Of a DNA stretch of 64,000 bases, positions 1-14,282 are shown one piece after another. The notes under the pieces were generated by a model. That model made no database searches, was not told the DNA's origin, and saw nothing but the letters and a program-made list of their open reading frames with translations. Positions within the stretch are counted from its first letter, which is position 1. Each line of letters begins with the position of its first letter. The stretch is from Iphione sp. A-MEVVRFRX5 (Eukaryota). A program made the translations under genes and the position numbers. Location of the stretch: assembly GCA_976226885.1 (NCBI GenBank), contig OZ320319.1, positions 30,132,001 through 30,196,000 of the forward strand, read 5' to 3'.

Positions 1-1094
1 GTCTACCACTCCCATTGTCTAGGCAAGTCCATCGTCAATTAATTGTCTTTTCTTTCAGATTCCATCTCCTGTACCCTCGGGAGGTAGTGTCAGGATGGGC
101 ATGCACAGTTTGCATGTGTCATCGCAACTAATTCTATGCCTATCACAAACAAATTGAGCTCCACTGACCATGCCTGTGACCACCGAAGGCCTCGGGGAAG
201 CCCCCAGCTGTGACCTTTGACATCGGCCATGACGTCCGGGTCATAGGTGCTGCCCCATAAGGGGACCGGTAAGTGGGGGTAGAAGGGGGCGGGGACAGGA
301 AGCTAACCCGAAAATACCTATCTTCCATGCTTACCATGGCCCTTTAAGCCTTGGCTTTACTAATACACCCATCATGTATGTGGTGACGATAGCACCCTCT
401 ACATACTACACAGTGTTAAAGAAACACGAAAATACGAGAACTGCAGAAGTAGCAGTCTTTCGGTGATTCAGACTGTCGGAGGAAAAATAAAGAATGCAGC
501 GTGAGGAGTAGGAGGTTGAAAATGATCAGGAAATAAAGTGGCACATGGTGATTTAAACCACTTCATCTGGAGTCCATTACTCACATGACCAGGAGAGAAA
601 TGAGAAGCACCGCGGGGGTAAAGAGATGGGAAAGAGGTAGACTGAGATGCTTGCCAGGCAAACTCAATAAGACGGGCCTTTCACTTACCAACTCATTATG
701 TACATTATCCCTACATATTGATGTTTACTTGATAGTATACAATATGATACAATTTGGAATCCAATAGAAATTGAAACAATTGTTGTATTCACCGATAAGG
801 CCCGCTTTCCACGTGTACATGCCTTTTTTCTGGATTCTGGATATGTGATTCCAGAAAAACAAAATACTATGGCTTTTAATAGGGCTGTTTCTTTGTGTAT
901 GGGCTCCGGGCACTGAGCTCCATGTCTGGAGGTGTCTGGAGACTGAAAACGGACATTGCCCATAAATGAACATAAAGGTTTTCTGGACTCCAGACCCCCA
1001 CACAAACCAGTAGAGTAGAGCACCCGCACCAGTAGAATAAGGAGATGGACATTTTCAGCCAGATAGACACGGTCTATCACATGATAGATGATGT

Positions 1095-1247
1095 CAGATT
1101 TGGTTGGAATTCCTTATGATCAGCACAAAAACACACAGTCTTAACAGAATTGGTTGGAATTCCTTGCTACTGATACAAAAAGACATACAGGCTCAACAGA
1201 TTTGGGTGGGATTCTTTGCAATCAGCACAAAAAATACACATTTTTAA
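1095..1247. repeat. Tandem repeat, ~51 bp x3, followed by (CA)n
   Basis: Units start CAGA(T/A)TTGG(T/G)TGG(A/G)ATTC and end ..AA, at 1095, ~1145 and ~1197. Confidence 0.85.
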
Positions 1248-3929
1248 CAGACACACACACACACCCACACATGTTCCTGGGCTCTACCAGGCCTCTCCTT
1301 AGCCTTTTTCCAGCTTCTCCATGCATGTACACACAGAAACTTCATGTCTGAAAATGGCTGTAAAATCACCCAAATCTCCCGGACAGTCCCACATATGACA
1401 AACAAATCTGGACACATGGAAAGCGGGCCTACACCACTCTGAAGGATTGACATACCTTTTAATCAGATCGGTAATATAATGGCATAAAGAAAAAGTTTAA
1501 AACATATCTTAAATTTGAGATAATAATGAACATCTACACTTTGTCGTAGGATCATAAAATATCAAACACAGGCTGAAAAAATAGAAAAAGCAAAGACTCT
1601 ATTCTTGTGGGTACATACGGCGTGCTTAATCTGAACATAACACTCAGCAGATGGAGTGTTATTAGACACACAGACCCATATCCACACAAACACACCTTCT
1701 TATATGGTTTGAAGTGATGCTCCTATACCTTTAATGTCCCAGTGACCTCGCTTAAACCTGAGACTAATCATACATGTGAAAAAGCTGTCCCAACCTACAT
1801 AATTTCATTCTTTTTGGATAAGCAAGTTGTGTATGTTTCTTCGATGCTAAGCAATACGAAATGGTGGTTCGGGCATTGACTTGACTTTATAAGATTCAAC
1901 TATGGAGAAAATAGACCATTTAAAGTGAAAGTAAGACAAATGATTTAAATGCAACAGAAAGGCATTTATCTAACCTGTGCAGGGGCCATTTTGATGTACA
2001 TTTCGATATTTTAAAGTATTTCAGTTGAGGGTGTCATGCTTGGCCAAAACTGGAAGTCAAAAATTGTCTCTCATGTGCATGCTCAAGACCTCAAGCATGC
2101 ACACTGTGTTCATTCAAAATGGTGCCATATGTAAACATGCCTCCTCCCAGTTGAAATCTTTCCAAAATGATGAAATAAGGATAAAATAAGCCCTACAGAA
2201 GGTTAGTCAGAACCCTATTAGAACCACGATTAACAACTATATTTTGTGAAAGGTGGGCGGTTTAAGTTGATCGGAGCTCGGGTTGCCCCCCGCAGCTTAA
2301 ACCACCCCACCTTTCACTAAATGCCGGTACTAATCGCATAGTTTAAGAATAAGGGACGGTATTCCCTCAAGATATTGATACAGGGGAACGTGAATAGCAA
2401 CACCTCTTCTTTTACTGCATTTCTGTCTTCAAGCTTTCACGTTGCTGTCGTCATGTTTCATGCTTAGCTGCTCTTAACTCTATTCGTGTCGAAGACCTGT
2501 GAGCTAACGTGTCAGCATTGTTACAGATCATGTGTGACCTGTTCTATATGTAAACATCAATTGGTTTTATCCAGTGACGGGATCAATAAGCAAATCTGTG
2601 TACGACCTCAACCAAGTGATCTTCATTTGTGCAGCAGTCCGTTCAACTTGTAGATAGATGAAAACCTGACCCGAAGTCAAGCAAACATTTTAGGTTTTCA
2701 TCTGATCAGGAGAATACATACCCACTACATGTACCAAATTAATCACATCCTGCTAGCCTGTCTTGGCCACTGTCGTGACATCTGTGTGGAGGCAGAACTG
2801 ATATGATGCAGTCACCATCCCACACTGGCCATGTAAAGCTACGCCCAGTTGATGCATTGATATGAGTACCATGGTCTACTATATGTAAAGTACCAAAGGA
2901 TGTAATACCAACCAACGCTCTACTCTGTAACAAACTCACGTTACGGCTTTGGCATATGACTCTAGGGCAAACAACATTTACGCTTACAAATCTATATTCC
3001 CTGACCCTCTCAGTTAGTACGTCTATATTGACACTTAAAGACTTGTAGGGGTTAATCTGTATATTTCAAACCAAGCCTTTTGTTCTCCCATCCCTGAAAC
3101 TTGAGAGAGGCAATCCTGAGTATAAAGATCAGACCTCTGTGGTCAGTTATGCATAGCTCTTTATTCCTTCAGTGAGCAATTGCCTTCACATGTAAGTGCT
3201 TTCAGGGAGGAAAGACCATTTTCTCCTGCACTTCTGTGGGTGTGGTTGAGTCTTATGGGGCCACTGTATTGGTTGCTCCTGTAGAAGTCCCCTTTTGTCT
3301 ATAACTCTGGTGGTCCTGTTGTATAAAAGTAGGCAATGGCCTTCCATCGCTGGGTGGGGACTTGGCTCCGGTGGCAAAAGTGCTGACTGGCCCTGGTCCA
3401 CGGATCTAAAGGTTTCAGGTAATGAAGTTCAAGTCTGGGACCTGGACTCTTGATCATTACCAAACAAATTTACTGTTGTCCTAACCAAGAGCCATCCACA
3501 AGTTGGAATGAAATGAAAATCTTTATCTATGATACCATACAGAGACAGACTTGATGCAAAACGATGACACAGAGGCCATGGACCTTTGAGAGCAAACATT
3601 TAATCTTCCTTTGTTTCATTCATTTCTCTTCTAACGCTGAATTTCCTTAGGCTTGTGTTTTTACAGTGCTTGTTGGCGCGTTTTTGGCTTGTATTTTTTG
3701 AGATATGCTTCTACCCCAGAGGGTTTCCTTCTGCCATGGAAAGATGGCCGTGGACACATGGCTCCACAGCCATGTTTCCATATTGGACAAGTTCCCAAAT
3801 TCCATAGCACCACGGCCATGTTTTCGGAAGTAGTATATTACAAATGAGACTGAAATAGCAATGTTAGCTACGTTTTCTGCATATTAGTGCATACTTCTGC
3901 ACGTGTTTGCACATATTTTAATCATTCAT

Positions 3930-4042
3930 GCCATTTTTCAGTGAAAACTACATGAATCCTGCCGTTTTTCGGCCTAACTTGAAAGAATTCTGCTGTTTTT
4001 CAGCCGAATTTGCATGGATATTTGCTGTTTTCCCCCATTTCC
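3930..4042. repeat. Degenerate ~31-bp tandem array (x3.5) within a likely non-autonomous repeat
   Basis: Units begin GC(C/T)(A/G)TTTT at 3930, 3961, 3992 and 4024. ATGGCTGTAAAA and TGGACACATGG are shared with the 1.3-1.4 kb region. Confidence 0.65.
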
Positions 4043-6419
4043 TCCATGTTTTCACAACCGTGTTTACATGGTGGAGATGATGTGTTCTCACCATGAAAAC
4101 CAGCAAATATAGCCCTGAAATATGGCTGTAAAAATATTCTTCTAAGGAAATTCAGATTTCAGCTACACACTGCCCTTCACGCATCTTTGTTTATGGATCT
4201 ATAAGTTGCAGGATGGAACCTCGTAATAGATAATGCACCCCTGACCCTCAAGCAATCCATCTCTGCCGATCAGAGCTAATTATTTGAGATTTAGCAGGCA
4301 TAGCAACACAATTTGACCATTATTCTCCCCTCCAGCTTACACTATCTTTCGCAGTGTTGGGTAAGTTGGCCATATTTGCAAAGTCTATTAACATATCTTA
4401 AGCACATAGGAAGAAGCTCGATGTGAGCTCTGTTAGTATCATGTGCTGGGAAGGCTTGGCATGCGTCACTAAAGGTAGTATGTTTCAATTCTACTTAATT
4501 CATGACCTCTATTCATTGTCTTTATAAGGCCATACAGACCAGATACAGGTCCAGGCAAATCTGCAGCAGTGAGATACTGTGTTTTTACTGTGTTACTTTG
4601 GTCATTAGAGTACCTTATTGAACTCTCTTATGGGATCACTGTGATAAGTAGAATTTCTAAATTGCTGTTCACCCCGATGAAAAAAGAACAAGTTAAAGCC
4701 CCTCAATTTTCAAAATAAAGATATATGGTCTGCATTTAATGCACTGGTGTTTTAGTTTGCTGCCTTCTTTATTTGAGGCAAACGTTGTAGTCGGGAGGTT
4801 TCTGTAAGATTATCCACGAATCCGAATAGCCAAGGCCAATTACCATCTAATGTAATCGGGCATGGTGCTCGCTGCGCCAGACTAAATTTGCATACAGGAC
4901 CCGTTGAAAAGCGTCTTTCGTTTCAAGATGCCACTTCCCTTCCTTATCACATCAGTTAATCAAAAAAGTAACCCATGAACCAAACCACCTTGGCGATACA
5001 CATTCATGTATGCATACAAGTACACATATTATCGTACAGTATGAAAAAACAAATAGACATCAACCTCCTCAAAACACACGTGAGTTACCACTTGTTACAT
5101 AGGATCATTATAGATATTGAAAATGTAGAGGACTACGGCGGTATTTGTTATTATGTGCGTGTAAAGATGCCTTTCCTCAGAGTATGTCATATAAGATTTT
5201 ACAAATGTTCCGTCTTCATTCCTATACATATATCATCATTATATATATGAATATTTAAGTTCACTATAAATTGGTATGATTATGTCGCGTAAAAGGAGAA
5301 ATTCCAATTCCATCTCCATTATAAATGTGCATTGCAAAGGGATAATCATTTGCAAGACCATTTCTGACTGATTTCGGGGAATGAGACTGTGTGGTCGTCA
5401 GGCAGTCCTTAAAAATGACACCACCGTCGGTTTGTCATAATCAAACCTCGTCTGCCTGTCACGGCCGAAAAGGGTGTCATCGACCATCCCTGAGCTGCTC
5501 ATCTTGCCGGCCCGCCTCGACCACACCAGTTGATGGCAAGGTAAATGAATAATAGAGAGAGCATCCCAATTAGCCATAATCAAGTCCAGCTCCAGCCGTA
5601 AAGAAGGCTTCCTGGGCCAGGCTCGATGAATAACTTATTGCCTTTGGCAATAAACAAGCCGAAACCGATGGGTATGCCGTTGGATGAAATTTGGTTAAAT
5701 TTGAACTGCTTGTCTTTCTAAGAAGTGAACTGTCTAAGATTGGGTGGAATTGTCCACGGGAAAACACCGACGGCTCAAACCAGCTAAACAGAATTCTTAA
5801 AGTGTTTTCCATGGCAGATTTTTCAGGAAAATAAAACGTAAAAGAATCATGTCAAGATATCACAATAAGGTATGCACATAGTAATTACAAAGTTCAGAAT
5901 ATAAAACCTGATTAAATGCATAATTTAAAATATTGACTTGAGTTTTAATGGGGAAAAATCCCTGGAGTAGGGACTTTTCACAATAAATGTTGGCTACACA
6001 ACAACAAGAAACACCACTGAACTTCCGCCTGACTACAGCAAAAAGCAATCATGAGCTCTGGTAGGTTATTGTCATTTCATTTTGTCCTTGTGCAGTTTTT
6101 CAGTCAACGTTAATCACTGAAAAGAACTCCCAGCGAAAGACAATCGGCTCATACGGAGGGTCCTTTAAATTCACTGATTCAGATGCAGTCACCCAAGCTT
6201 GCTTCATTCCATATAAACCTAGCTGACAGTCAACCAGAAAGATAACCACATCAGTCGGCTTGCTTTTAGCATCTCTTTGGGCCTTACGTTAAACGTCTCT
6301 ACTGCTCCAACATCCCCGTTCTCTTTCTTGTACCATCTGCCGACCAGTTTTATGCATCATTTTGGTATTCGTTTGATACCTTTAGAATGATTGATTACAA
6401 AGAACATCCGGAGTTCACG

Positions 6420-6530
6420 ACAGGCACGCCAGGCACCTTTGTGCATGCGCGCGAGTAGTAACTTCCGGTTCTATTTGGAATGTCTAGCTGCGATGCATAA
6501 CTCACCCTGACGGGAGGAGGGTAAGTTACT
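6420..6530. promoter_or_regulatory. Small promoter-like module (NRF1-like plus ETS/GABP)
   Basis: TGCATGCGCGCG followed by ACTTCCGGT and, about 50 nt later, donor GAGG|GTAAGT. Confidence 0.35.
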
Positions 6531-9304
6531 TTGTTGACCAAGATCACTCAGAACGAAATGCGAAATAGTCAGGGGCCAAGACGGGGCGAACTATCACGTG
6601 TCACAACCCCGACCCTGTAATACCTGATACCTCTACATCGTACGTCGCGCATATTCCATATTCTGATTATTGTTTAAATACATACCATAACATATCCACA
6701 TTGTGTACCGATCACCACTATTTATTCAATACATCATATTTTCCTGTGGGGGGGGGGTCGTTAGCTGTACAGCCAACGGTAATCAAAAACTGACAGGAAA
6801 GGAAGGATGCTGGCTATACCACTCGTGTATACACTGCAAGAGGTATTGCCGCAAACTATCCCACCGAGAATTTTTGTCCGTTTGTGAATGAAAGGGTTTG
6901 TTATTCGCCACCCCCTGCTAGTTCGAACACCGTAGGAGGGTGCGAGGTAGGAGACGGGTGCACGACTGCCAGGGTCCGCGGGATGCAGGCAATGCCAGCT
7001 TTTTGGTAGCGTCCCGTCACCCACTCTTCTTCCTTCTCTGCCTTATCTCGATTTCTATCGGGACACTTTTTTTCTTTGCATCTATTACATTAGAGTAGGG
7101 CTCTGTTATTGTGGCCGCGGAGGCTGGCATCGTGCTGGGGAGGCTTTTGTTCGAAGACACTACCTACTTCCCACTAAGTTGCTCCGTGTCCGTTGGGCCT
7201 AGTTAGGGGAAGTGGTCTAACATATATAAAAATGTTACTAAGAATATATAGGCCCTTCGTTTTTCTGTGGGTAACCTGTTGCTTGACATTAAACACGTGA
7301 TCGGGCAAATTCTCGTGAATGAATATTAGATGTAAGTCTTCTCAATCACTGTCCGGTTGGCATGGCGGAATATTCATCTTGGGAGATATAGAGTGTTGCC
7401 TGTTGCATTAAGCTTTTTTGAGCTCGTAATTATGTCGTCAGGCAGTCCTGTCGGCATCACAACATAAGGACGATGTATTGAAATAAAATAAGTCATTCAT
7501 CTGCATGTGCTGTACACCTGGCTTTATACATAGCGTTGTCCCCACATATCGAACCGTTTGCTCGATGCGCTCATGTATGCTGAGGCCATCTCGGTCATCA
7601 TAGTGTTTTTAGTTTGGTTCACTTTTTGATGTTTTTTTCCCCTCTCGATTCTAACCAGCCCACCACAGTTTCAACTCATTGCGCGCCAACAGATTACCCA
7701 ATGCCGTGCTCCGCTTTGAACTATATCCTCAGAACAGTATCAGCGGAGCAACTTTGTTTTTTTACAGGCGTGTCAATATTTGTATTTTCCCGTGTACAAC
7801 AGTGTAGCCGAGCCTGATTGCCTCACTTGCATATCGGATTTCCATAAGCAAAATCGTCTACTACGTGTATTCCCTTTTTGTCGAGAGATATTTCCCATGT
7901 CGCATAGCCCGAGTGCCATCATGTTATTTCCTGCGACCCGCATGTGAAGAATACAACCCCACTCTGTTCGCAAAAAAGGTGAGTGTCAAATATTATCAGT
8001 GAGCATGTCAGTTTCAGCGTAAGCATGTGTAAGTGTATGTGTATGCGCATGCACTTGACATGGGCATCAAAGAGATGACAATTGTTACCTTATCAACTGA
8101 AGGGATGATAAAATCGCGGTTTGGAACTAATTTAATGCTGTCTTGCACTGGTCTCCTATATCAACATTTCCTACATCCATATGTAATTTGGTCGACCAAA
8201 TGCCGTAACTTGTCAATCATTAACATATTTCAGCAAAAATGTATATTTTCCCATTGCTACATAAAGAAATGTATATTTGTTATAGTGGAAAAGGGTTTAA
8301 AAATACCCATACGTGTCCTTGCATATTATACCTGATAGACGGCACCAAAAAAATAGCAATTAGACATTTGTATTTGAAATAAAATTCATCCATTCACTTG
8401 ATTATTAAAGTAGCTCCCTGAGATTAATCTTTGAAGCCTGGTGATCGTTGAGTCAGCCGTTAGAATCATTCGTCATAGTGTAGGTGCCTGAGACACCGGT
8501 AGACTGATTCATGTTTGAAGTCTGTCCTTCCGCTCAATGTCCTGGCTGCTTTTAACCCTTTCCCGAGGTGTTCTGCGCCTTGAAAATATATCGCATTATA
8601 ATCCACAAGATGTTTCTGGCATCTGGTTTGACATCAACGAGTCTCTTGGTGATTTGCAAAATGCATAGTAGAAATATCATGACCAGAATTTGTGGATTTT
8701 AGCATTCACTGAGCACCTGCAGTGCCCATCGTTTCGAGTATTTCGTTATACGGAAGCACAGAACATCAATGGCAACAGTATAGTGGTTTCAACATTTCTG
8801 GCGCTATCATGAATGTGCCATTATAATGAAGATCGGTATATACGACTGCTTATTATGCCTACGGTATGAATTCAAAGATGCAGTTCAATATAGTACGGAT
8901 ATACTGATCTTATAAAGGCATATAGAATAAGACATCTTTTCGTAAACTCATGCATCATTTTGAGGGACCCCAGTGCCGGACCCTCCCCGCCGCCCTCTGG
9001 TTCCAACGTCACCTCGTATCAGAACCAATTGACACCTTCTTACCGTGAGATGTGTCATCTTTAAATGCGTACGTTTTTCAATACTACTATGATTCGAACG
9101 GGAATAGGATGTGGGAACACGGTGGCAATTATTGTTCATAAACATAAGGCATTTATTTTCGAATAGAACTTGTGTAGTGACGGCGACGGCGAAGACATGA
9201 TATATGTTCATGCAGCCAGTTGCGTATGGCTCAAACAGCCCGGTTCCCAATTTTTAGTTATGATGTGAGTTACAGATTTCTAGAAGAGGGACTCGGCGGA
9301 GGCA

Positions 9305-9647
9305 GGCCCAGAAGACAACTCGGTAACAATTTCTCGACCAGAAGCACATGTTTCGTCTGCTGTACATTAAATCAGTTAAGAAGCCAATACACAATTTTTT
9401 TTAGCCCGAGGCTGAATTTCCTTAGATATATATTTTCATGGCACATATTTTTGGTAAATTCAGTCAAAAGACAACAAAATCCATAGAAATTCAGAAAAAA
9501 ACTGCAAATTGGTCAAAATTCTTCATATTGTTTTTACTATTATTGAAAACCAGAGGAAGAAAGTGGAAAAAAAAATTAAAAAAGATACCCCCCTATCTAC
9601 CTAGGTTTGGGCTGGTCGTTACCAGAAATGCGCCTATTTTTTGGGCC
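9305..9647. mobile_element. Degenerate copy of the same Harbinger-type MITE family
   Basis: Clear right end GTTACCAGAAATGCGCCTATTTTTTGGGCC|TCA preceded by CCTATCTACCTA. The left end (GGCCCAGAAGACAACTCGGTAAC) is only a partial match. Confidence 0.5.
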
Positions 9648-12600
9648 TCATCTAGTGTGACTATTTCCTCCATTTCATGGCTTCTACCTTATAAAAGTGT
9701 AGGCTTGGTGAGCTGAGTAATCAACTACTGGGTACTAACAAAGAAAAAGAGAGAGACAGGAACATAGGGCATATTTGGAACGGGAAAAGACCACTATTTT
9801 ATCATTAGCCCCCAGGTATATTTCCAAACAGCCCCCCTGGATACGCACTAACTAATTCTTACCACCTAGAACAAAGCTAAACTATCCCTGCAATTCTTTA
9901 TTCACACAACCTCGGGCGACGAGCAGAGGACGCGGGCACAACCCTGACTCACGCTACCGACTATCCAGCTAAATTACGCACACGTACAAGTACATGAGCT
10001 AGCGGTTGAATTCATTTAAAGTATCCAGCCCTTTGTGTTTTAATTTCCATCCACCCGTCAGGCGTCAAATGCCCCCACACTGCATTATACGGCATCACCT
10101 TGAGCCCACAGACAGTAGACCCTGTCGAGCCTCCATCCCTCCATGAATGCTACCGAACATCCTGCCGTCTCGACAAGCTGCCACCGCCGCCGACCACAGA
10201 GCGACGGGACCCCGTCCGCTGGGAAATATGACTCCCTTGTTCTCACCTGTGCAGGTATAGGCCAACCACGCTTGTACCTATGACGTTGACAGCATTCATT
10301 TAAGCAATACGTTCCTTCCGGCCGAGCCAAACTGGCCTTGGCAGCAATGATGCATCGTCGGTTCTCACTACTCGTACAATTTTGTTTTGTTGCATTCTAA
10401 CGCCAGCATGAAAAATCGCTCGTTTCTTTCATATCAACCAACACAGCATTGATCTAACATATGGGATGAGGTGAATAATATGGCTGAACAAAAGTCACAA
10501 TACATGAACTAGTTCAGGCTGGTGTTGCTGAACAACATCAATGAAGTTCTGGATGCACAAGCCTTTCGTGGTCCTGGTCCTCAAACCAATTTTTCTTGTT
10601 CCTTTTAAAGCTTTCCCTGGATTCCAGTAAAGCGTTGCACAGCCCATCTTTAGCATCGGTGTCACACATCTAATAACCCGATCAGTGCCGTTCTTGATGA
10701 AATGCATTAGGATGAGATATTTTCGTCGTGGTCACATACATTTATATAGATTTAAAGAAAACAAGCGTACTTCTATTGCGAATGATATTTTCCTTAACTA
10801 CGGCTAATTCAAAATAAATATTGTCCCCAGAAAGGTCTCTTTCGTACTTGCATTCCAACGACCACCTAGATTCATTCGTGCGTAACAGTGAACCTATATA
10901 CCTTTATGCTACTTATTGTACTGTGGCTGGGTTGTTTGCCTGTGCTAGCAGGTAGCAGAAAAGAACAGACTGGAGAATGTCAATGGATAATTTTCACTGC
11001 AAATTCTGTACTAGCTTTACCCATCATTACGTAAACTACTAAAAAGGGGTGTGGAATTTGCGAAGCGGCTGCTGAAAAAAATATATATCAGTTGTCTTCC
11101 AAAAATAAATCCACAAAGAATCTACAATCAGCCATAAATCTACAAAAGCTGCATTAGATACAATCGAAATACTTGGTTTAAAGCACCTCAATGTAACTAG
11201 ATACTACTCAAAATACATCATTATTTTGCAAACAGTTGCTTGAAATTCGAAGCCGCTTGCCCCGCATTTGTTAACCTCGTCTACGCTTTGGTGTCACAAT
11301 AAAGTTATCCCCCAATTCAGCCGTACCTGGCACAGCGCTCTTCTAGCGGGATGGCTTGCGATGAAATCTTTGACCCCGCGACTAATCCTATTCGATCCAA
11401 TAAAAGGTGCATTCGGCTCTTCTCCTCTCCTCACCCGTGCTAGGCAAGGAAAGGTAAATAGACCTCCCAAATGTGTAGGGTGAGTCCCTATACACATTGC
11501 TATGCCTGTCTGTTAAAGTGGAGCACATGATTGTAGTGACCACATGTCAGCAAATGAGCCCCTAGGGTTCCCAGAGGCGCACAAGGTCGACGCTTGATAC
11601 CAATATCCGCTACTAAATATGGAAAATTTACCCAATTTGGTGACTGTAAGGGCAGCCAGGGGGTCAGAAATAACTCGTGGAGAATGACAGTGGCGGTATA
11701 GAGGGTGCGTTCACCTTCCTGCCGCGAGCAGCGTGCCAGCACCAGTCAACAATGGCCCAGTGTCCCAGCCTTCTTGTGTGCATAGCTCCTGTAAACCACT
11801 CGAGATATTCCAGATTTTGTGCATCTTCTACTTCGTACCTTGTGCATTTGGGACTTTCCCTCCCGTAACGAGATTCCCTGATACCGAATACAATACTCTC
11901 TCGTGGCCAAGATGTTTCCGGTAATAGCATGTGCCCAGGTTCATGTGGTTACTTCTCAGTCCGCCACAGGACCAAAAATAAACCCAGTAGAAATGTGACA
12001 TCGGCAGGTCCCACCAGCAGGAGGCTTGACGGAAAAGTGATGAGCTGGTTCGTGCACTTGCATCGGTACTTGAGCACGTGTGCCCAAGGAGGTACATGCG
12101 TGCACACAACTTGTGGACAAAGCCACCAGGCAGCTGCCCACGTCCCCACTGTTCCCCACAACTCGTGAAGAACTTATCACCACTAATATAAATGGTGTGA
12201 TCCCTGAACATCATCCAAAAGCAGTCCGGTTTATGAGTGCAATTCGAAGACAGTGTCCAACGATTTAATTTCCTGTCAGCTATATTTAATTTATTGTACT
12301 AACCTGCTAGACTGTCCGAATAAACATCATAGCTTGATACTGGCACTCTACTATTTCTTTGGTAGCGACTCTGTGCTGTTCTATCCGAAGACTGCACCGT
12401 TCTCTCGGGCTGGTAAATTTTATGGACCTCTTTACATCCGAAGCTTGGCGGGTGACTGGATCCCAGTTTAGATGGCTGATTCAGTCGATCGGCATATTTA
12501 GTTCATGTACATCTCTAGCCACTACACCCCCCTGCCAAGATATTTTTATTATTTGCATTCTCTTTCTTGATTTCAGAATTCTATCTTATTTAATTGGAAG

Positions 12601-14282
12601 TGCAAGATAAAACGTTAGAGTTAAGATTTTGTTTCTGAATCTATTCTGATCAGGAAACTCTTTTTGGTCCGATTTCTTTTCTGTAGACAGGATCTTTTCT
12701 TTGTGACCTCATATACAATTATACAATATGCAAATCAGTGGTCATAAAGGTTTTATATGATTGGAACTGGAGGTCGTAAATAGCAAGTTCAATCATAAGG
12801 AATGACCCATTTATATTATTAGGTGCCCCTTCCCTCCAGATCGGTCAGGTCCACCGATGTTTTGAGCGTATTACACTGAAGATTAGATTAATTTAGTTTC
12901 TAAGGCTTGTACGTTTCTAGTCAGTTCAGTGCCACTGCTGAACTAGGATGGATCAGAGTTTAGCATGTGCATGTACTTTGTGAGCAATCTGGCTCAAAAT
13001 AGTCCATTTGAGCGATCCATATCAGAGGGTCCGTTTAACGTTTATCATGGATCATCCTGCAGAGATAGGTGTTGTGCAATAAGGTAACTACAACATATAT
13101 GTCTATGGTGCAAGAGGAGTTGGTAGCTAAATTTAGCACAGGTTATGTAATGATTGTGCAATCTTCTCCTGTCCAGAAATATGTCTAGACAATGTGTCTA
13201 TTTTTAGCAACAGTTATGTAACCATGGAGTATGTGTCTTTGCACTTTTGAGGAATATCACACATGCACAACTATATTAGTGTATTTGGAGTAAACGAGAT
13301 TCTTTATTTTGTCATTTCTTCAAAGCTTCTATCTGCCAGTGCTCCTTTAGACTAAGATACAGTACAAGAGTTTGGCTGCAGAATGAAATGAAGATAGTTT
13401 AGGGTAAAGGTCTGATCTGACAGTGTTTGCTTTACTTTGTGTGGCTAACCACCTTTCGTAGGCTGGAACATCTGCTGCATTTGAAGAAACTGGAGTTCAA
13501 TCATGACCCACTGACAGTACAACTCTGTCTTGGGATAACAACAGCTTCGCGTTTAGTCATGTTAAGGTCAATCCAAACTGGTAAACAGCATGATATAGCC
13601 AAATGGGGTTGAGGATGCGGGGGAAAGGTGCATTAGCCCTATGTGGCAACGGTCATGTTCTTACATCTGTACCTACGAGAAGTATTTACACTGAAAGGAT
13701 ATGGTTGGCCTGTCGCAAAAATATGACTCCGAGATGTAGATGAACTCTAAAAGACTAGTTCCTATAATTCATCCAATTTATGAGACTCTCTATCCGTGTA
13801 TACAACATACTGGTCCTGGTACGTTGTAATCAAGTGCTGTGGATGCTCCTGGACCAGCCAGTGTAAAGGTTTTCCCATGTACATGTATATGTTTAGCTAA
13901 AATACACCGCTGCTGGGAACCTGCTAGTGGTTAAAATCCGTCTTTCATGCATCCCACATTGAAAACTGTCTGTGAAAAACCTGCTCGTCAAGCGATCAGT
14001 GTTGTGCACCTGCATCTGGCTGCAGTGTGTCCAGACACACGAGTAGGGGTTTGGTATAAATGTATACCTATGTCCTCACGTAGGCTCGGTTTCCATATGT
14101 CTATTGGTATCCATCTTTAGTTCTCATTCAACCAGTGAAACCTATTGGCTAATGTCTTCTATGTGCGTCTGTGTGTCTGTGTGCTGCAGTGGGTTAGGTG
14201 TCCATTGTTCATTATTGAACACTGCTTGTTAATTTCATGCACAAACACGCAAATGCACAGGAACACAAGCATTTTTCTCCTT

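Noticed and set aside
1095-1247. Spaced repeats superficially like a CRISPR array
   Set aside because: Head-to-tail degenerate units without unique spacers, eukaryotic context, no cas genes.
2739-3401. Trypsin-like words LVGITSFG (minus) and NSGGPVV (plus)
   Set aside because: They lie on opposite strands and lack the surrounding Cys/His/Asp context; chance matches.
8440-8870. Minus-strand frame with LHYNGTFMIAPEMLKPLYCCH, reminiscent of the MULE transposase DGTF..P..F.QLYTIH motif
   Set aside because: The catalytic D is absent, there are several stops, and downstream MULE motifs and TIRs are not convincing. Needs an HMM search (MULE Pfam) to decide.
10085-10707. Short minus-strand ORFs with protein-like composition
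   Set aside because: No recognisable domain, frames do not join, no consistent splice sites.
11500-12470. Dense overlapping ORFs; LQELCTQEGWD faintly like a LINE ORF1 esterase
   Set aside because: No GDS or DxxH motifs in frame and no adjacent endonuclease or RT.
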